Shown: positions 24,301 to 34,324 of the stretch, piece by piece | Layout: each line of letters begins with the position of its first letter | Numbering within the stretch: the first letter of the stretch is position 1 | Source of the DNA: a virus | Lineage: Duplodnaviria; Caudoviricetes | DNA: 35,505 bases | Reading direction: 5' to 3' (one strand) | Virus record (IMG/VR): IMGVR_UViG_3300035394_000065 | Coordinates: 1-35,505 of that record | Notes under the pieces: generated by a model | The model's database searches: none | What the model was told of the DNA's origin: nothing | What the model saw: only the letters and a program-made list of their open reading frames with translations | Position numbers and translations under genes: made by a program

Positions 24301-25149
24301 GTAAATGATGAGCTTATTGAAAAGCAAATCGAATATACTGAAAAAAGTAACGAAATAAATGAAGAAAATTTAGACAAAGAAAAGAAAATTGCACTAGACA
24401 AAAAGGGGTATATAGATGCGGTAACAGACTATTTGCAAAAGAATATAGACAAACGTATTGAATTGCTTAATAAAGAGATTGAAGCGCAGGAAAAGCAATA
24501 CGATACACTCCAAGAATTGGCAAACAATGGAAACATACAAGCTAGTCAATCACTTGCTGAAAGTGCTGAGCTGAAAAGACAAGCTGAAGAAGAAAAGGCT
24601 AAACTAGAGAAACGAAAACAGCAACTACAAATCATGGCTTCATTTTTAACGTCTTATAACAACCATTTAGAGGGTGGTGCTCCTGCTGGCGAAGCGTTTA
24701 CAAAGGCATTAACCGAAAAGGCTACACTAGAGGCGTTATTGGCTTCGATACCCGCATTTTTGGAGGGTACGGAGAACACTGGCAAGGTATCGAACCCACT
24801 TGATTCGAACGGTGGTAGGTTGGCAATTTTGCACGATGAAGAAAGGGTATTGACAAAGGAGCAAAACAAGGCTATTGGAAACAAGTCAAATGCTGAGGTT
24901 GTGGCAATGATTCAAAAGTCGGAGCTAAGCGAAAAAATGGGAGATTTCACAAATACTGGATGGAAAGATTTAGCTATAATAAACGAGTTGAATGGTTTGA
25001 AATCTGAAATGAAAGCTGTTAAAAAAGCTATTGAAGATAAGCCTGAAACGAATTACAATGTAGAAAGTGTTGTCAATGGAATAATGACTTTGAACAAGAC
25101 TACAAAGAAAGGGAATAATTTAATTTATAATAGATTTAAAATAGGATGA
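21295..25149 (+). CDS. tail tape measure protein (TP901-like core)
   Basis: About 1284 aa helical A/L/K/E-rich; QRSVGNY motif, DFEENAANMAKT and ERGGTAV core, central hydrophobic segments, C-terminal LHDEERVL. Confidence 0.92.
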   Translation: MAKRISKAELGIDDNLLSSLNEQLNEAIRNTKRYEEAQRNLTAINKVAISGAKDYVKLLKEQNLATVEGQKEYAQKAKEANRLILEEEKIKQSQLRTSKLIEQSKQAELRTQKMINTEKAKTLTAYQKESKALNENREKWKSLAVQQKQNTKEGRDLLRLIKQQDDNLKKIDSTVGQNQRSVGNYSKAIGGLKSGLSQLGLAFGAFQLIRSAGSTIIDFEENAANMAKTLGVSTSEAKKLAKELLSIDTRTSVEELQKIATIGGQLGIGANEIIGFTKAVDTLNVALGDEFTGGAEEITTVIGGLRNVLTDIKTDDVSADLLSIGNAINILGANGNATAPVVSDFANRIAGIAIPLGVSTDKILGLSATLQELGVNQERGGTAVGKILQEMAKNVGGFAEIAGVDVTKFGKLVNEDIFEAFKKVLEGSKKFKGDNVALTKSLDSLGLSGSGASEVFLKLSGNMELLDKKNTLVADGLKSTTSLTDEFNAKNNTLGASIEKLGKEFQKYIIGIDEAGNVSGKLGSVINFLVHNFETIVNVIGKATVGFLSFKAITKSLAFVDFVKMNGGIKGVAKEMLNLRTNTDIASSSTGKMGGVLKGIGWTALIGLAFELGTELYRIASGAAQAEEDMARLEKTTGNALSNTEKNIKTIKGVLSNKLEQIDLKVTDGSLKDEKEILRLKNEAIATAKIELRNNIASVRERKDKYLALKKEAELLAKIQFAESKGDAFKVLKSNEQLKAEKRILEIQNELKLKKSTNIFGAEQTISAGDLIGQLSANINATSKSIELYKNELEDVNIDLNRNIAKTKGASKETDNFSESTKGATKETKALNTELKEQNEYLSKQVELLEELDEINRIEAETNIQSEIDSEFNNLRKIAEETGQLDIDLLEELLAKKNELQKKHIEERESYEISQIKERYRLEAELAKNELTNNRDELLSQDGLTPEAKLKIEQNYQTELAKLDMDNLQRIADMELEILIIKGNSKKKLLELDKNYADEVNNVNDELIEKQIEYTEKSNEINEENLDKEKKIALDKKGYIDAVTDYLQKNIDKRIELLNKEIEAQEKQYDTLQELANNGNIQASQSLAESAELKRQAEEEKAKLEKRKQQLQIMASFLTSYNNHLEGGAPAGEAFTKALTEKATLEALLASIPAFLEGTENTGKVSNPLDSNGGRLAILHDEERVLTKEQNKAIGNKSNAEVVAMIQKSELSEKMGDFTNTGWKDLAIINELNGLKSEMKAVKKAIEDKPETNYNVESVVNGIMTLNKTTKKGNNLIYNRFKIG

Positions 25150-26879
25150 AACATTTTATAGATGGTTTTGAGGTTTCGCCTAGAAATATTGGCGAAATTG
25201 GGTTGGTTTCAAATTTCACTAAACGCCCTGATGAATTGGAGCTAAATACTACTAGTATTATTTTGACTAGGGAGGCTTATAGTAAGGTTAAAGAACATAT
25301 TTCTGAAAAGGGTTTTTTTGAGGCTATACCATACACCGTTTATTCATCAACTGGCATATCAATAGACCTTTATATTGATTTACAAGAAAAGCCTATTTTT
25401 AGAGATTTTGAAGTCGAAATACAGGTTAAAAAACGAAAAGGAAACGATAATTTTTTAGATAAAATAAACGGTACAAGTTTTGAATTATTAGCAAAAAACG
25501 GTGTTCAATTTGATTCCTTTAATGTAGATTATATAATAGTCAAAGACAATTTGGCTGAATTAGCTTTGACCTTGGCAGTTTCTTTATATGTAATGACAAG
25601 GGAGTTAATAGAGCAAATAAAAACATTAGTAACGACTATAACAAATTTAGTCGATGCAGTTTCGCCCAATATTGGATTCGTATCTTTTGACTTAGGTGGC
25701 ATATTGTCTTTAGTTCTTCAAGTGGTAGCACAATTAGCGTTTATTGCTTTAATGGTTATGGCAATAATTAAACTTGGTGAGCAACTGTTTGAGCTTATTT
25801 TTCCTAAAATAAGACAACTACTCGGTGTTAAAATAAAGGAGCTATTAAAAAAATCATGTGCATATTTCGGCTATGGGTTTTCGTCCTCATTATTAGATAG
25901 CGTTTCGGGGTTGACTTTACTTCCTAAACCTTTGAAAAAACAAAGCAAAAGTTTCTTTAATTTCATGCAAAACGACCTTAACTTATCTTTTAATAAAGGT
26001 TACCCAACGGCTCAGGATACAACTTCAACGGTTGGAAGTTTATTCGATTCGATGTTGGACTATTTTAATGCAACTTTAAAAATAGTAAATAATACGGTAT
26101 ATTTAGAACTTGAGGAATATTGGCAGGAGCAATCTAGTTTAAGCGTTTTAACAGCTTTAAACATACAAGCGAATCGAGATGATGAATACACTGTAAATAC
26201 CGAGGAGGCTTGGAAGCGGTATTATATTACGTACCAACCTGATATATCTGACTTGCATACTTATGACCAATTCGAGGGAAACGATGCTGAATATTCAACT
26301 GAATGTATGAATGTTTCAAATGCAGATTTAGCTTTTGTAAAGGGTTTAAAACAGGTAAATATACCTTTTGCACTTGGAAAGCGAAAAGACCAATTAAACT
26401 GGCTAGAAGAGCGTGCAAAAGATGTGTTTCAAGTTATTGATGATGTTGTTTCGGCTTTTGGTGGTAACTCTACGCTGGTTTCTAAGATTGAAGCTAGAAA
26501 GGGCGTGTTAATGATTTCACAACAATATTTTTCGACTACAAAATTACTTTACACTATTGGAGGGAGGCAACCTCAAAACTATTTATCATTTATTCGAGCG
26601 TCAACGCTATGGGATAAGTATCACTACTTAAATCAAATACAAATAAGAAACGCAAAGATATACGAGAATAAGAGGTGTTTAATTAATACCGAAAATTTCT
26701 TAAATTTACTCGAAAATAATTACGCTGATATTAATGGTACAATTTGCGAAGTTTTAAAAGTGGAGTTTGTGGATGTTGACACTTCAAATTCAAACGGAAA
26801 TGCAAACGCTACCATTTCATACAAAGAGCCTTATAATTATGCTTTTGGTAAAGTTCAAACAATAACGATTAATAGTTAA
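25146..26879 (+). CDS. tail tip/baseplate protein with long hydrophobic segment
   Basis: ATGA-coupled to the tape measure; hydrophobic stretch around aa 135-220. Confidence 0.55.
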   Translation: MKHFIDGFEVSPRNIGEIGLVSNFTKRPDELELNTTSIILTREAYSKVKEHISEKGFFEAIPYTVYSSTGISIDLYIDLQEKPIFRDFEVEIQVKKRKGNDNFLDKINGTSFELLAKNGVQFDSFNVDYIIVKDNLAELALTLAVSLYVMTRELIEQIKTLVTTITNLVDAVSPNIGFVSFDLGGILSLVLQVVAQLAFIALMVMAIIKLGEQLFELIFPKIRQLLGVKIKELLKKSCAYFGYGFSSSLLDSVSGLTLLPKPLKKQSKSFFNFMQNDLNLSFNKGYPTAQDTTSTVGSLFDSMLDYFNATLKIVNNTVYLELEEYWQEQSSLSVLTALNIQANRDDEYTVNTEEAWKRYYITYQPDISDLHTYDQFEGNDAEYSTECMNVSNADLAFVKGLKQVNIPFALGKRKDQLNWLEERAKDVFQVIDDVVSAFGGNSTLVSKIEARKGVLMISQQYFSTTKLLYTIGGRQPQNYLSFIRASTLWDKYHYLNQIQIRNAKIYENKRCLINTENFLNLLENNYADINGTICEVLKVEFVDVDTSNSNGNANATISYKEPYNYAFGKVQTITINS

Positions 26880-26882
26880 AAA

Positions 26883-27089
26883 ATGAATGATTTAAAAGAA
26901 TTACAAGAAATAATAAACAAAACGCAATCAATTATTAATAAGACGTTAAACAATATACCTAGTGAATTTTTACCAAACTTTAAAGATGCTTCACTAGATT
27001 TGAATAATATTATTAAGGCGGTTAATAATAACGATATGGATGAATTAATTAAAATAAACAGCAAGTATGCCAATAAGAATAATAAGTAA
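26883..27089 (+). CDS. small hypothetical protein
   Basis: Fills the gap in the tail operon on the coding strand. Confidence 0.55.
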   Translation: MNDLKELQEIINKTQSIINKTLNNIPSEFLPNFKDASLDLNNIIKAVNNNDMDELIKINSKYANKNNK

Positions 27090-29352
27090 AGACTATACCG
27101 ATAATTTTGGTAATACAACGCCATTTTTGAAGTTTAATGCTGGTGACTTAGTTACTGCAGATATTGAAATTGAATCAAATATTTTTATTTCTTCATTAGC
27201 CTCACCAATATTTTATGATTATTCATTACAAGAAATGACACTTTCAAGTGGTTCATGGCTATCTGAGGGTTTTAGGGTTGGTGATACTATTGAGGTTACT
27301 AGGTTTACGCAATTTGGCGTTCCTATGGGTGGCGTTCCTGATGTTGTTACCATTACTTTTGTTTCCGACCAAGTTTTAAAACATAGCGGAACGCTTTTCA
27401 ATGCTTGGGCGGTTAACACTAATCAGGAATATATGCATATAGAGTGCATTAGTCATAATAGGCAATCGGTAGACTTTTATTTTAATTTAGTGAAAAACGG
27501 TGTTCAGGGCAATGATTTTTCTTTAATCGATGGTGAGGCGACTAGATTCACTTTTGATAATATAGATATATTACCAGTTTTTGCCAATACAAGTGCAACT
27601 ATTTTAGTAAATCAATCGGGGCAGGCGTTTAATGGTGCGCAATTACAAAGATTGGCAAACGTTGGCAATGCTTATAGGTTTCTTTTAAGCGTTTCTTTTA
27701 TAAGTACAGGATATTATGATAGCGAATGGTTTGAATCGAGCGGTTGTTTAAAAATGCGATTAAAGTCAGCATGGTCAACAATAAACGGTGAGCCATTTGC
27801 TCAAACGATTAACACTATTAGCGACGATGCGAATACGGGTTGGTACAACCAGCCTCATAATACGAGCGTTGTTGATTCTACGCTTGTACAAGGGGTTTCA
27901 GACATTGATTATTCAATACCTACTACTTTTGATATTATAGTTAACGGTTCTTTATTTCAAATGGGCATTGGTGGGTTGTATTTATCTCAAGATTCATTAT
28001 ACTATAAAAATAAAACATACTCTCAAAGAGAAATATCAATGATTAACTACACTAAATCAATTGGTATTCCTTTACATAACTCGTTTTCAAACAACTTGGG
28101 TGCTGGCTATTCTTTGACTATTAATAGCATAACTTCATTAGGTTCTTTGCATACTATAAATGTAACCTTTACACCAAACAACGCTTTTAATGCTTTTATA
28201 AACAGCAGAGAGGATGGAGATAGAACGTTTTATTTATGGCTAAAATGTGGAAATATAAATCATTTAGTTTTTTCAGACCAGTTAACAAAAGCGCCACCCG
28301 TTGGCGGTCCTTTAATTTTTGATGAAACAGTTGAATTTTTAGACCATTCGCAAAATGTATCTGACAATTCAGTGAATAGTTTTGAGCTTACAAATTTATT
28401 TGACACTGAGGACGATTTGGCGTTTTTCGGTACTTTTTTACTTGAAAAAAATGCTATTTATGAAACGTTAACTTGTAGAGTTGAAGCGTTTAATACTACT
28501 ACTCAGGATGACTTTACTTTACAGCAACATTCATTCAATTTCGCGTCAATACCTTTATCAAATGCAGGTATATATTTAGCGAATCAAACGTTAACAGTAA
28601 ATCCACTTTTGCCGAATACATCTGTTAAAAGGGATGCTAATTTTAATCGATTTGATGCAATTGACAATTTAACTCATTACGGAGTTTCAATTTACTATCC
28701 TATTGTATTGCGTTGGGAATATTGGTTAGAACAATTGAACGCAAATGTAGATTTTTATCCAAATAATAACAAGAACTGGCAACAGTTTAGCGACTTGGGG
28801 GATTGGATTGTAAGACTTGAAATAGAATTAATTAGGGATGGATTAAGTTACGTTTATAGCAAAGAAATAGACATTTTTGAGTATAACAATGCAAATGAAA
28901 TAACTAGCGAAATAGAGCTTGTAAGAATGGTTAATAATACTGTAACTACTATAATACCGCAAGGCGAAATTTTAAAGGTTGTGGCTACTCACGAATTAGT
29001 CATAGGTCAATGGAATCAAACAGAAACATGGGGACAAATAAGATGCTACCCAACTGAAAACGCACCCCCTTGGATTATATCAACTGAAATTGATTATGAT
29101 AATAATACTTCAAACCCATTAATACCTATTAGTGGAACGGTTGCAACTTTAAGTTTTCCAAACCCTGAGACGGCGGTTGTTGAATGTTTATTCGATTCAA
29201 ATTTAATTGACTTGAATAATGGGGTAACTTTTACTGCAAAAATCAAAGATAAAAAGAAAACTATATTGCCACCAGTTGACAAAACAACCGCACCAAATGA
29301 CTTGCCAAAAACAACTTCACCAAATAATGTACAAAAAACTTTGGCGCAATAA
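27067..29352 (+). CDS. large tail/baseplate structural protein
   Basis: 761 aa, beta-rich, N/S/T/F-rich, acidic; ends with short KTTxPN repeats. Confidence 0.6.
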   Translation: MPIRIISKDYTDNFGNTTPFLKFNAGDLVTADIEIESNIFISSLASPIFYDYSLQEMTLSSGSWLSEGFRVGDTIEVTRFTQFGVPMGGVPDVVTITFVSDQVLKHSGTLFNAWAVNTNQEYMHIECISHNRQSVDFYFNLVKNGVQGNDFSLIDGEATRFTFDNIDILPVFANTSATILVNQSGQAFNGAQLQRLANVGNAYRFLLSVSFISTGYYDSEWFESSGCLKMRLKSAWSTINGEPFAQTINTISDDANTGWYNQPHNTSVVDSTLVQGVSDIDYSIPTTFDIIVNGSLFQMGIGGLYLSQDSLYYKNKTYSQREISMINYTKSIGIPLHNSFSNNLGAGYSLTINSITSLGSLHTINVTFTPNNAFNAFINSREDGDRTFYLWLKCGNINHLVFSDQLTKAPPVGGPLIFDETVEFLDHSQNVSDNSVNSFELTNLFDTEDDLAFFGTFLLEKNAIYETLTCRVEAFNTTTQDDFTLQQHSFNFASIPLSNAGIYLANQTLTVNPLLPNTSVKRDANFNRFDAIDNLTHYGVSIYYPIVLRWEYWLEQLNANVDFYPNNNKNWQQFSDLGDWIVRLEIELIRDGLSYVYSKEIDIFEYNNANEITSEIELVRMVNNTVTTIIPQGEILKVVATHELVIGQWNQTETWGQIRCYPTENAPPWIISTEIDYDNNTSNPLIPISGTVATLSFPNPETAVVECLFDSNLIDLNNGVTFTAKIKDKKKTILPPVDKTTAPNDLPKTTSPNNVQKTLAQ

Positions 29353-29382
29353 AATAATATTATGTTAAATAGCTTATATTTG
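29353..29382 (+). promoter_or_regulatory. reversed CTATTTAACATAAT box plus -7 promoter
   Basis: AATAATATTATGTTAAATAG-CT-TATATTTG, 5 nt before ATG 29388. Confidence 0.65.
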
Positions 29383-29387
29383 TAAAC

Positions 29388-30239
29388 ATGGTACAGGAAA
29401 GGATAAAAAAGGATTACAAATCAATAAAATTGCCTAATATCTTCATAGAAGAGGACAGGGGGTTTTTTAGATGTTGTGAGCCTATTTTGGTACTTGCAAG
29501 TTCAACAAACGACACTTGGAAAAATGACATCACTCCAGTTTGGCAGAAGTTATCTAGTCCTTCGGATGTTTTTGAGGTTACGCTTTTGAAATGTGGCGAA
29601 GCGGTTAATTATACAGCTGAAATATTGAACTTTGTAAAGGATGAAAATGCCTATTATAGTGAAATACATTGGAAGGATGTTTTGGCAAGTGATGGCATAG
29701 GACATTATTCAATACAAATAACCTCATCAATTGCGGGTATAGAGTTCAATTATACATGGGGTGAATACGAATTAAAAGTATATTCAAATGAAACGGCAAA
29801 AGGAACAGCAAGGCTTAGAGCTGTTTTTAATTCGTTTCAAGAAATTGAGGGTATAGATTTTACAGATTCGGCGGTTAATGGTACTATAAGATTCAAAGGA
29901 ATGTTCGGTTTCAAAAATCCAAACAAACAGACTGATAATTTGATTTACAACAATAGACAAATGAAATCAGTAGTACGTGAAAATTTGAATACGTATGAGT
30001 TAAAAACAGACCCTTTAAAAGAATATTTTTTAAAAGAAATTACAGACCTTTATTTGCTTTCAGAAAATCAACTTTTTGCAAGCGACCACAACCCTCACAA
30101 CAATAGCTATAATTATTTTGACTTACCAGTTACTATTGAAGAAAGTGATAAAATAGATTATTACGAGCTGTCAAGATATGGCAAACTGTCGGCTGTTTTA
30201 ACAGATAGGAATAAGAATAAAAGAACATTTTTTAATTAA
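29388..30239 (+). CDS. putative structural protein
   Basis: 283-aa ORF in the tail region. Confidence 0.55.
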   Translation: MVQERIKKDYKSIKLPNIFIEEDRGFFRCCEPILVLASSTNDTWKNDITPVWQKLSSPSDVFEVTLLKCGEAVNYTAEILNFVKDENAYYSEIHWKDVLASDGIGHYSIQITSSIAGIEFNYTWGEYELKVYSNETAKGTARLRAVFNSFQEIEGIDFTDSAVNGTIRFKGMFGFKNPNKQTDNLIYNNRQMKSVVRENLNTYELKTDPLKEYFLKEITDLYLLSENQLFASDHNPHNNSYNYFDLPVTIEESDKIDYYELSRYGKLSAVLTDRNKNKRTFFN

Positions 30240-30245
30240 ATTTAT

Positions 30246-31289
30246 ATGCAAATAAATCAATACGCAAACTCAGCCGTAATAATCAAAAAAGAAGATTATA
30301 TAGATATAGACCAACAGCAACACGACCTCAGTTTTGTATCTACAAAGGTACTTTGGGATAACGTTATAAATAATATACCTTTTGAGAATATAGGAACTCA
30401 AGACCTATTAATTTCAGATAATACAAGAAAATTAAAGTTAGATGGCGGTACTCCAATGAATAGCTTTGGAGTTTATTCAACTGATGGAACTAGAGCATAT
30501 TTGAAAATTCAAGGAGACGGGTCGGTTTTCAATTCGGGCGGTGGCAACTTAATTTCAAACACAGCCTTTGGATTAAATGCCTTAATAAATAATACAATAG
30601 GATATTCGAACACAGCCTTTGGTTATAATGCCTTAATAAATAATACGACGGGTGCTTCAAACATAGCCTTTGGACATAATGCGCTATTTTACAATACAAC
30701 TGGAATGAGAAACACAGCCTTTGGATACCTTGCTTTGTTTAACAATACAACTGGACTTGATAATATAGGTATTGGTTTCACTACATTAATTAACAATATT
30801 AATGGGTACGACAATTTGGCGATGGGACGTTCTTCAATGGATGCTAATTTAAGCGGTCATTCAAACGTTGCACTTGGCTCATATTCATTATTTGGAAATT
30901 CAACAGGATACGGTAATACTTCGATTGGTGTGTCAGCTCTTCAATCTTTGAATGGAAATGGAAGCATTGGCATAGGTTATCAATCAGGACGTTATTATAC
31001 GGGTAACAATAATTTATCAGTAGCAAATAATAGTATTTTTATAGGCGCACTTTCAAAAGCTAAATTAAACAACTCTTCAAACGAAATTGTAATAGGGTCA
31101 AACGCAATAGGGAACGGAGATAATACCGTAACAATTGGTGATGATTTAATAATACAAACTATTTTAAAAGGTAAATTAACCTTGCCAAATTTATTAACAT
31201 TCGCAAACAATGCAGATGCAATTACTGGAGGACTTTTAGTTAATGACGTTTATAAAACAGCAACGGGGGAATTAAGAATCGTAATATAA
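30246..31289 (+). CDS. tail fibre/adhesin-like protein with 14-aa NTAFGxxALxxNTTG repeats
   Basis: About 10 repeats (42-bp period, roughly 30555-30990) of the trimeric beta-roll type; C-terminal FANNADAITGGL..VYKT. Confidence 0.75.
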   Translation: MQINQYANSAVIIKKEDYIDIDQQQHDLSFVSTKVLWDNVINNIPFENIGTQDLLISDNTRKLKLDGGTPMNSFGVYSTDGTRAYLKIQGDGSVFNSGGGNLISNTAFGLNALINNTIGYSNTAFGYNALINNTTGASNIAFGHNALFYNTTGMRNTAFGYLALFNNTTGLDNIGIGFTTLINNINGYDNLAMGRSSMDANLSGHSNVALGSYSLFGNSTGYGNTSIGVSALQSLNGNGSIGIGYQSGRYYTGNNNLSVANNSIFIGALSKAKLNNSSNEIVIGSNAIGNGDNTVTIGDDLIIQTILKGKLTLPNLLTFANNADAITGGLLVNDVYKTATGELRIVI

Positions 31290-31301
31290 TATAATATAAA
31301 A

Positions 31302-31661
31302 ATGAAAGTAATAAGAACAACAAAAAACGTAACTTTTAATTTACCGTTATGCGGTCAAATGACGACTATAATTCAAGGAGAGCTTGGAGGTCAATTTTTC
31401 AATGCTGAATGCAATCAGATGCAAGCTAATATACTCGTATCGTATTTAGATGAGAATAGTAATAAAACGCCAATAAGACATGGCGTTATTGTTTTTAATG
31501 AAGATGAAATAAATAGTTCTTTTATATTTAATGAAAACGAAAATGCGGTTGTTAATTTAATAAATTTCTTTATTTCTAGTTTAAAAAATGAAATGTTTAA
31601 TATTTTAACAGTTTCAAATCCTGAGCTTTTGTTAACTGACTTTGAAATAATTGAAATATGA
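31302..31661 (+). CDS. hypothetical protein, possible fibre chaperone
   Basis: Directly after the fibre gene; synteny only. Confidence 0.5.
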   Translation: MKVIRTTKNVTFNLPLCGQMTTIIQGELGGQFFNAECNQMQANILVSYLDENSNKTPIRHGVIVFNEDEINSSFIFNENENAVVNLINFFISSLKNEMFNILTVSNPELLLTDFEIIEI

Positions 31662-31927
31662 CAAATGAATATACAAGCGAAATCGTGGTCGGTGTTGTAG
31701 GTGTTGTTACTTCGACCGTTGCCTGGGTTTTGGGTGGAAAGCAAAATATTAAATTATCTGAACAAGACACTTTGACAAAGGGAGCGGACCAGATTGTTGA
31801 GACGTCTGGCAAACTTTTAACTACATTAGAAAAAATGCTAACTGAGGAGCGTACACACAGAGGGAATTGCGAATCTGAGTTGGCTGAGTTGAAAAGACGA
31901 ATTGAAGAACTTGAGTGCAAAATATGA
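31658..31927 (+). CDS. holin-like protein
   Basis: One N-terminal TM (IVVGVVGVVTSTVAWVLG) plus C-terminal coiled coil, first gene of the lysis cluster. Confidence 0.55.
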   Translation: MTNEYTSEIVVGVVGVVTSTVAWVLGGKQNIKLSEQDTLTKGADQIVETSGKLLTTLEKMLTEERTHRGNCESELAELKRRIEELECKI

Positions 31928-32373
31928 GAATTTTTATAGCGTATTTATTTGTTATTACGTTTTATTTATTAGTAGGGTGTTCGGCGCAGAAGCATTATAC
32001 TAAATTCCTAAAAAAAGGAGGTCAAATAAACTGCATTAAAGACACTTTGCTTGTAATTGATACGCTTGTATTGGATGGAGACACTTTGTACACGTTAAGA
32101 CGTGAAATAGTGGTAAAAGATAGCATAAGTTACAAGACACGTTGGCAAACACGTTTTGAATATAAAACAATAAAAGAACAAGGAAAAACAAAAAGGGTTT
32201 ATATTAGGCAAAACAATAAAAGTGAACGAAAACAAATAAAACAAGTTCAAAAAAATGAACGCTCAAAAAATAAATGGTGGTTATGGCTTTTAATTGGTTT
32301 TATTTTAGCTTATGTATTTAGATATTCCTTTATAATAATAAAGGCTTTTAATAATATACCTTTAAAAAAATAA
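31924..32373 (+). CDS. lipoprotein with C-terminal TM, u-spanin-like
   Basis: Signal peptide with lipobox LVGC and C-terminal WWLWLLIGFILAYVF. Confidence 0.6.
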   Translation: MRIFIAYLFVITFYLLVGCSAQKHYTKFLKKGGQINCIKDTLLVIDTLVLDGDTLYTLRREIVVKDSISYKTRWQTRFEYKTIKEQGKTKRVYIRQNNKSERKQIKQVQKNERSKNKWWLWLLIGFILAYVFRYSFIIIKAFNNIPLKK

Positions 32374-32375
32374 AT

Positions 32376-32939
32376 ATGACAAACGTTCGTAATTATACAA
32401 CTGATGAGCTTTTAAAAAAAGCAAAAGAAATTAACGGCTTTAAAAATTTTCCAAAAGGACATTGGATTTTAGCCATTCGTTCAAATGAGGACGACATGAC
32501 TTTTGACGATAAATTTTACCTATTTAAAGGCGAAAGTTTTATCATGGTAACCTCAGGAACTACAAACAAAGGCAAAAAAGGAACTGCGGTACTATGTTCT
32601 AATCAATGGACTTACGATTGTTATAAGGCAAGCGATGGCGTTAAGGTTCGCCACCATAAAGATAGGATGCCTTGTTTAAGACAAGTTAAAGGCATTCCAT
32701 ATAGTAGAGATTATTCAAATGATAGTAAAACGAACCCAACTAGCAAGGTGTTTACAGATATTATTTCGACTAACTTTCATGTAAATACTTACGATATGAA
32801 AACAACTGTAATAAAGACTTTTATTGAAGGTTGGAGTGAGGGGTGCTTAGTTGTTAACGACGTGCCAAAATATTTGAAAATTCTTGAATATTGTCGTGAA
32901 TCAGATTATGTTTCACTTTGTATAATTCAAGAATTTTAA
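32376..32939 (+). CDS. putative endolysin with L,D-transpeptidase-like His/Cys motif
   Basis: NFH-x17-SEGC motif; last gene of the lysis cluster. Confidence 0.65.
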   Translation: MTNVRNYTTDELLKKAKEINGFKNFPKGHWILAIRSNEDDMTFDDKFYLFKGESFIMVTSGTTNKGKKGTAVLCSNQWTYDCYKASDGVKVRHHKDRMPCLRQVKGIPYSRDYSNDSKTNPTSKVFTDIISTNFHVNTYDMKTTVIKTFIEGWSEGCLVVNDVPKYLKILEYCRESDYVSLCIIQEF

Positions 32940-32941
32940 AT

Positions 32942-33187
32942 TTATTTTTTTTTGTTTTTTTCATTCAACTTTTTTGAAGTAATAAAATCATTTTCTTCAA
33001 TCGAAGAAACCTTATCTACAAACATTATAATACAAAAAAAGACAGTACATAATGCAAGTACAATAATCAAAATAGCCTGGGTTTTAATTGGCAATGATTC
33101 AATTTTTAAAGATATGTAAATTAAAAAAAATGTAACTATAAAAATTGAAATCAAAAAAATGAGGGTTGTTGTTATTTTTTTTATCAT
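32942..33187 (-). CDS. small membrane protein (2 TM)
   Basis: Two hydrophobic helices and a charged tail. Confidence 0.55.
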   Translation of the reverse strand: MIKKITTTLIFLISIFIVTFFLIYISLKIESLPIKTQAILIIVLALCTVFFCIIMFVDKVSSIEENDFITSKKLNEKNKKK

Positions 33188-33225
33188 AATATAAATGTTT
33201 GAATTTATAAACTATTTAATATCCT

Positions 33226-33483
33226 TTAATTTTTAACAAATTTATAGAAATAAGACTCTCCAAAATATGCCGTTAAATCATTTGAATTTTCTTGGTATGC
33301 TGGCAGATAAATTAATTCACTTAAATTTTTTATAAAATTAGTTAAATCTTTTGATTTTAATTTAGTATAAAACATTTCGAAATTTACGTTTTTAACATAA
33401 ACTATTATATAACCGTTTAATATATCTTTTTTCAATTGCGCCTTACTCTTTGGAGCTTCGTATACTTTTATAAATTTTTCCAT
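33226..33483 (-). CDS. hypothetical protein
   Basis: 85-aa ORF in the leftward operon. Confidence 0.6.
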   Translation of the reverse strand: MEKFIKVYEAPKSKAQLKKDILNGYIIVYVKNVNFEMFYTKLKSKDLTNFIKNLSELIYLPAYQENSNDLTAYFGESYFYKFVKN

Positions 33484-33495
33484 TTTTAAATGTTT

Positions 33496-33936
33496 TTAAT
33501 AACCGTATTTTTCAAAATCTTCTCTTATTTCTTCTTGCCATAAAGATATTTCACAAAAATAATCGGATACAATTTCATTGAATTTTTCTTGTGATTCCAA
33601 AGGTTCAGATATTTCAATATAATCTACATTTTTTGACTCAAAACCAATACACTTAACTTCTAAATCATTATAATATATTTCATCATTATAATATACTTCT
33701 TTATGATGAATTATATCTAAATCAATTTCATAATCAATAAAAAATTCGCCCTCGTTTAGATTAACCTTTAATGAAATCTGCTTATTTTTAAAATCCTCTA
33801 AGCATATAATAAAATCAGAAGATTTTATAGACAAATTTTCACATCCAGTTTTTTGCTGAAATTCTTTTAATAAAGAATTTAATGCTTTTTCTTTTTTTAC
33901 TTCTTTTGCTTTTAAATAAAGTTCATAATTGTTCAT
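33496..33936 (-). CDS. hypothetical acidic protein
   Basis: ATG at 33936 after leader AAACAATTAAAAAAAGGAACA; first gene behind promoter copy 3. Confidence 0.65.
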   Translation of the reverse strand: MNNYELYLKAKEVKKEKALNSLLKEFQQKTGCENLSIKSSDFIICLEDFKNKQISLKVNLNEGEFFIDYEIDLDIIHHKEVYYNDEIYYNDLEVKCIGFESKNVDYIEISEPLESQEKFNEIVSDYFCEISLWQEEIREDFEKYGY

Positions 33937-33938
33937 TG

Positions 33939-34041
33939 TTCCTTTTTTTAATTGTTTCAACAAATATACAAATATTATTTAATTAAAATATAAATAAAAA
34001 TTAAAAATAAATGTAATTTATAATGATTCTAAATAAGCTAA
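33939..34041 (-). promoter_or_regulatory. early promoter copy 3 with Fur/PerR-like palindrome
   Basis: TATATTTG at 33961-33968; ATTTATAATGATTCTAAAT at 34016-34034, overlapping the end of ORF 34018-34302. Confidence 0.8.
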
Positions 34042-34302
34042 CTCATCGCCTTGTAAATCTTCTACTTTATATTCTTGGATCATCATTTCATCTTCATTTT
34101 CCCAGTATGCTTCTTTAAAGTCTATTGCATTTCTTCTTTTTTTATAGATAAAATGTGCAACTATTTTATTAACCATTGCATTTTTTAGATTCAAAGTTTT
34201 TTGAATATAGTCAATAGTGTATCCATTTATGAGTAATAGATTTACTTTGTTTATTTTCCAAAGTGGCACGTTTATTTTATTTGCAAATTCTCTTGTCGTC
34301 AT
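34018..34302 (-). CDS. hypothetical protein, possible HTH
   Basis: TTREFANKINVP and GYTIDYIQKTLNL helical patterns. Confidence 0.6.
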   Translation of the reverse strand: MTTREFANKINVPLWKINKVNLLLINGYTIDYIQKTLNLKNAMVNKIVAHFIYKKRRNAIDFKEAYWENEDEMMIQEYKVEDLQGDELAYLESL

Positions 34303-34324
34303 TTTTTAATTGTTTTAATTGTTT

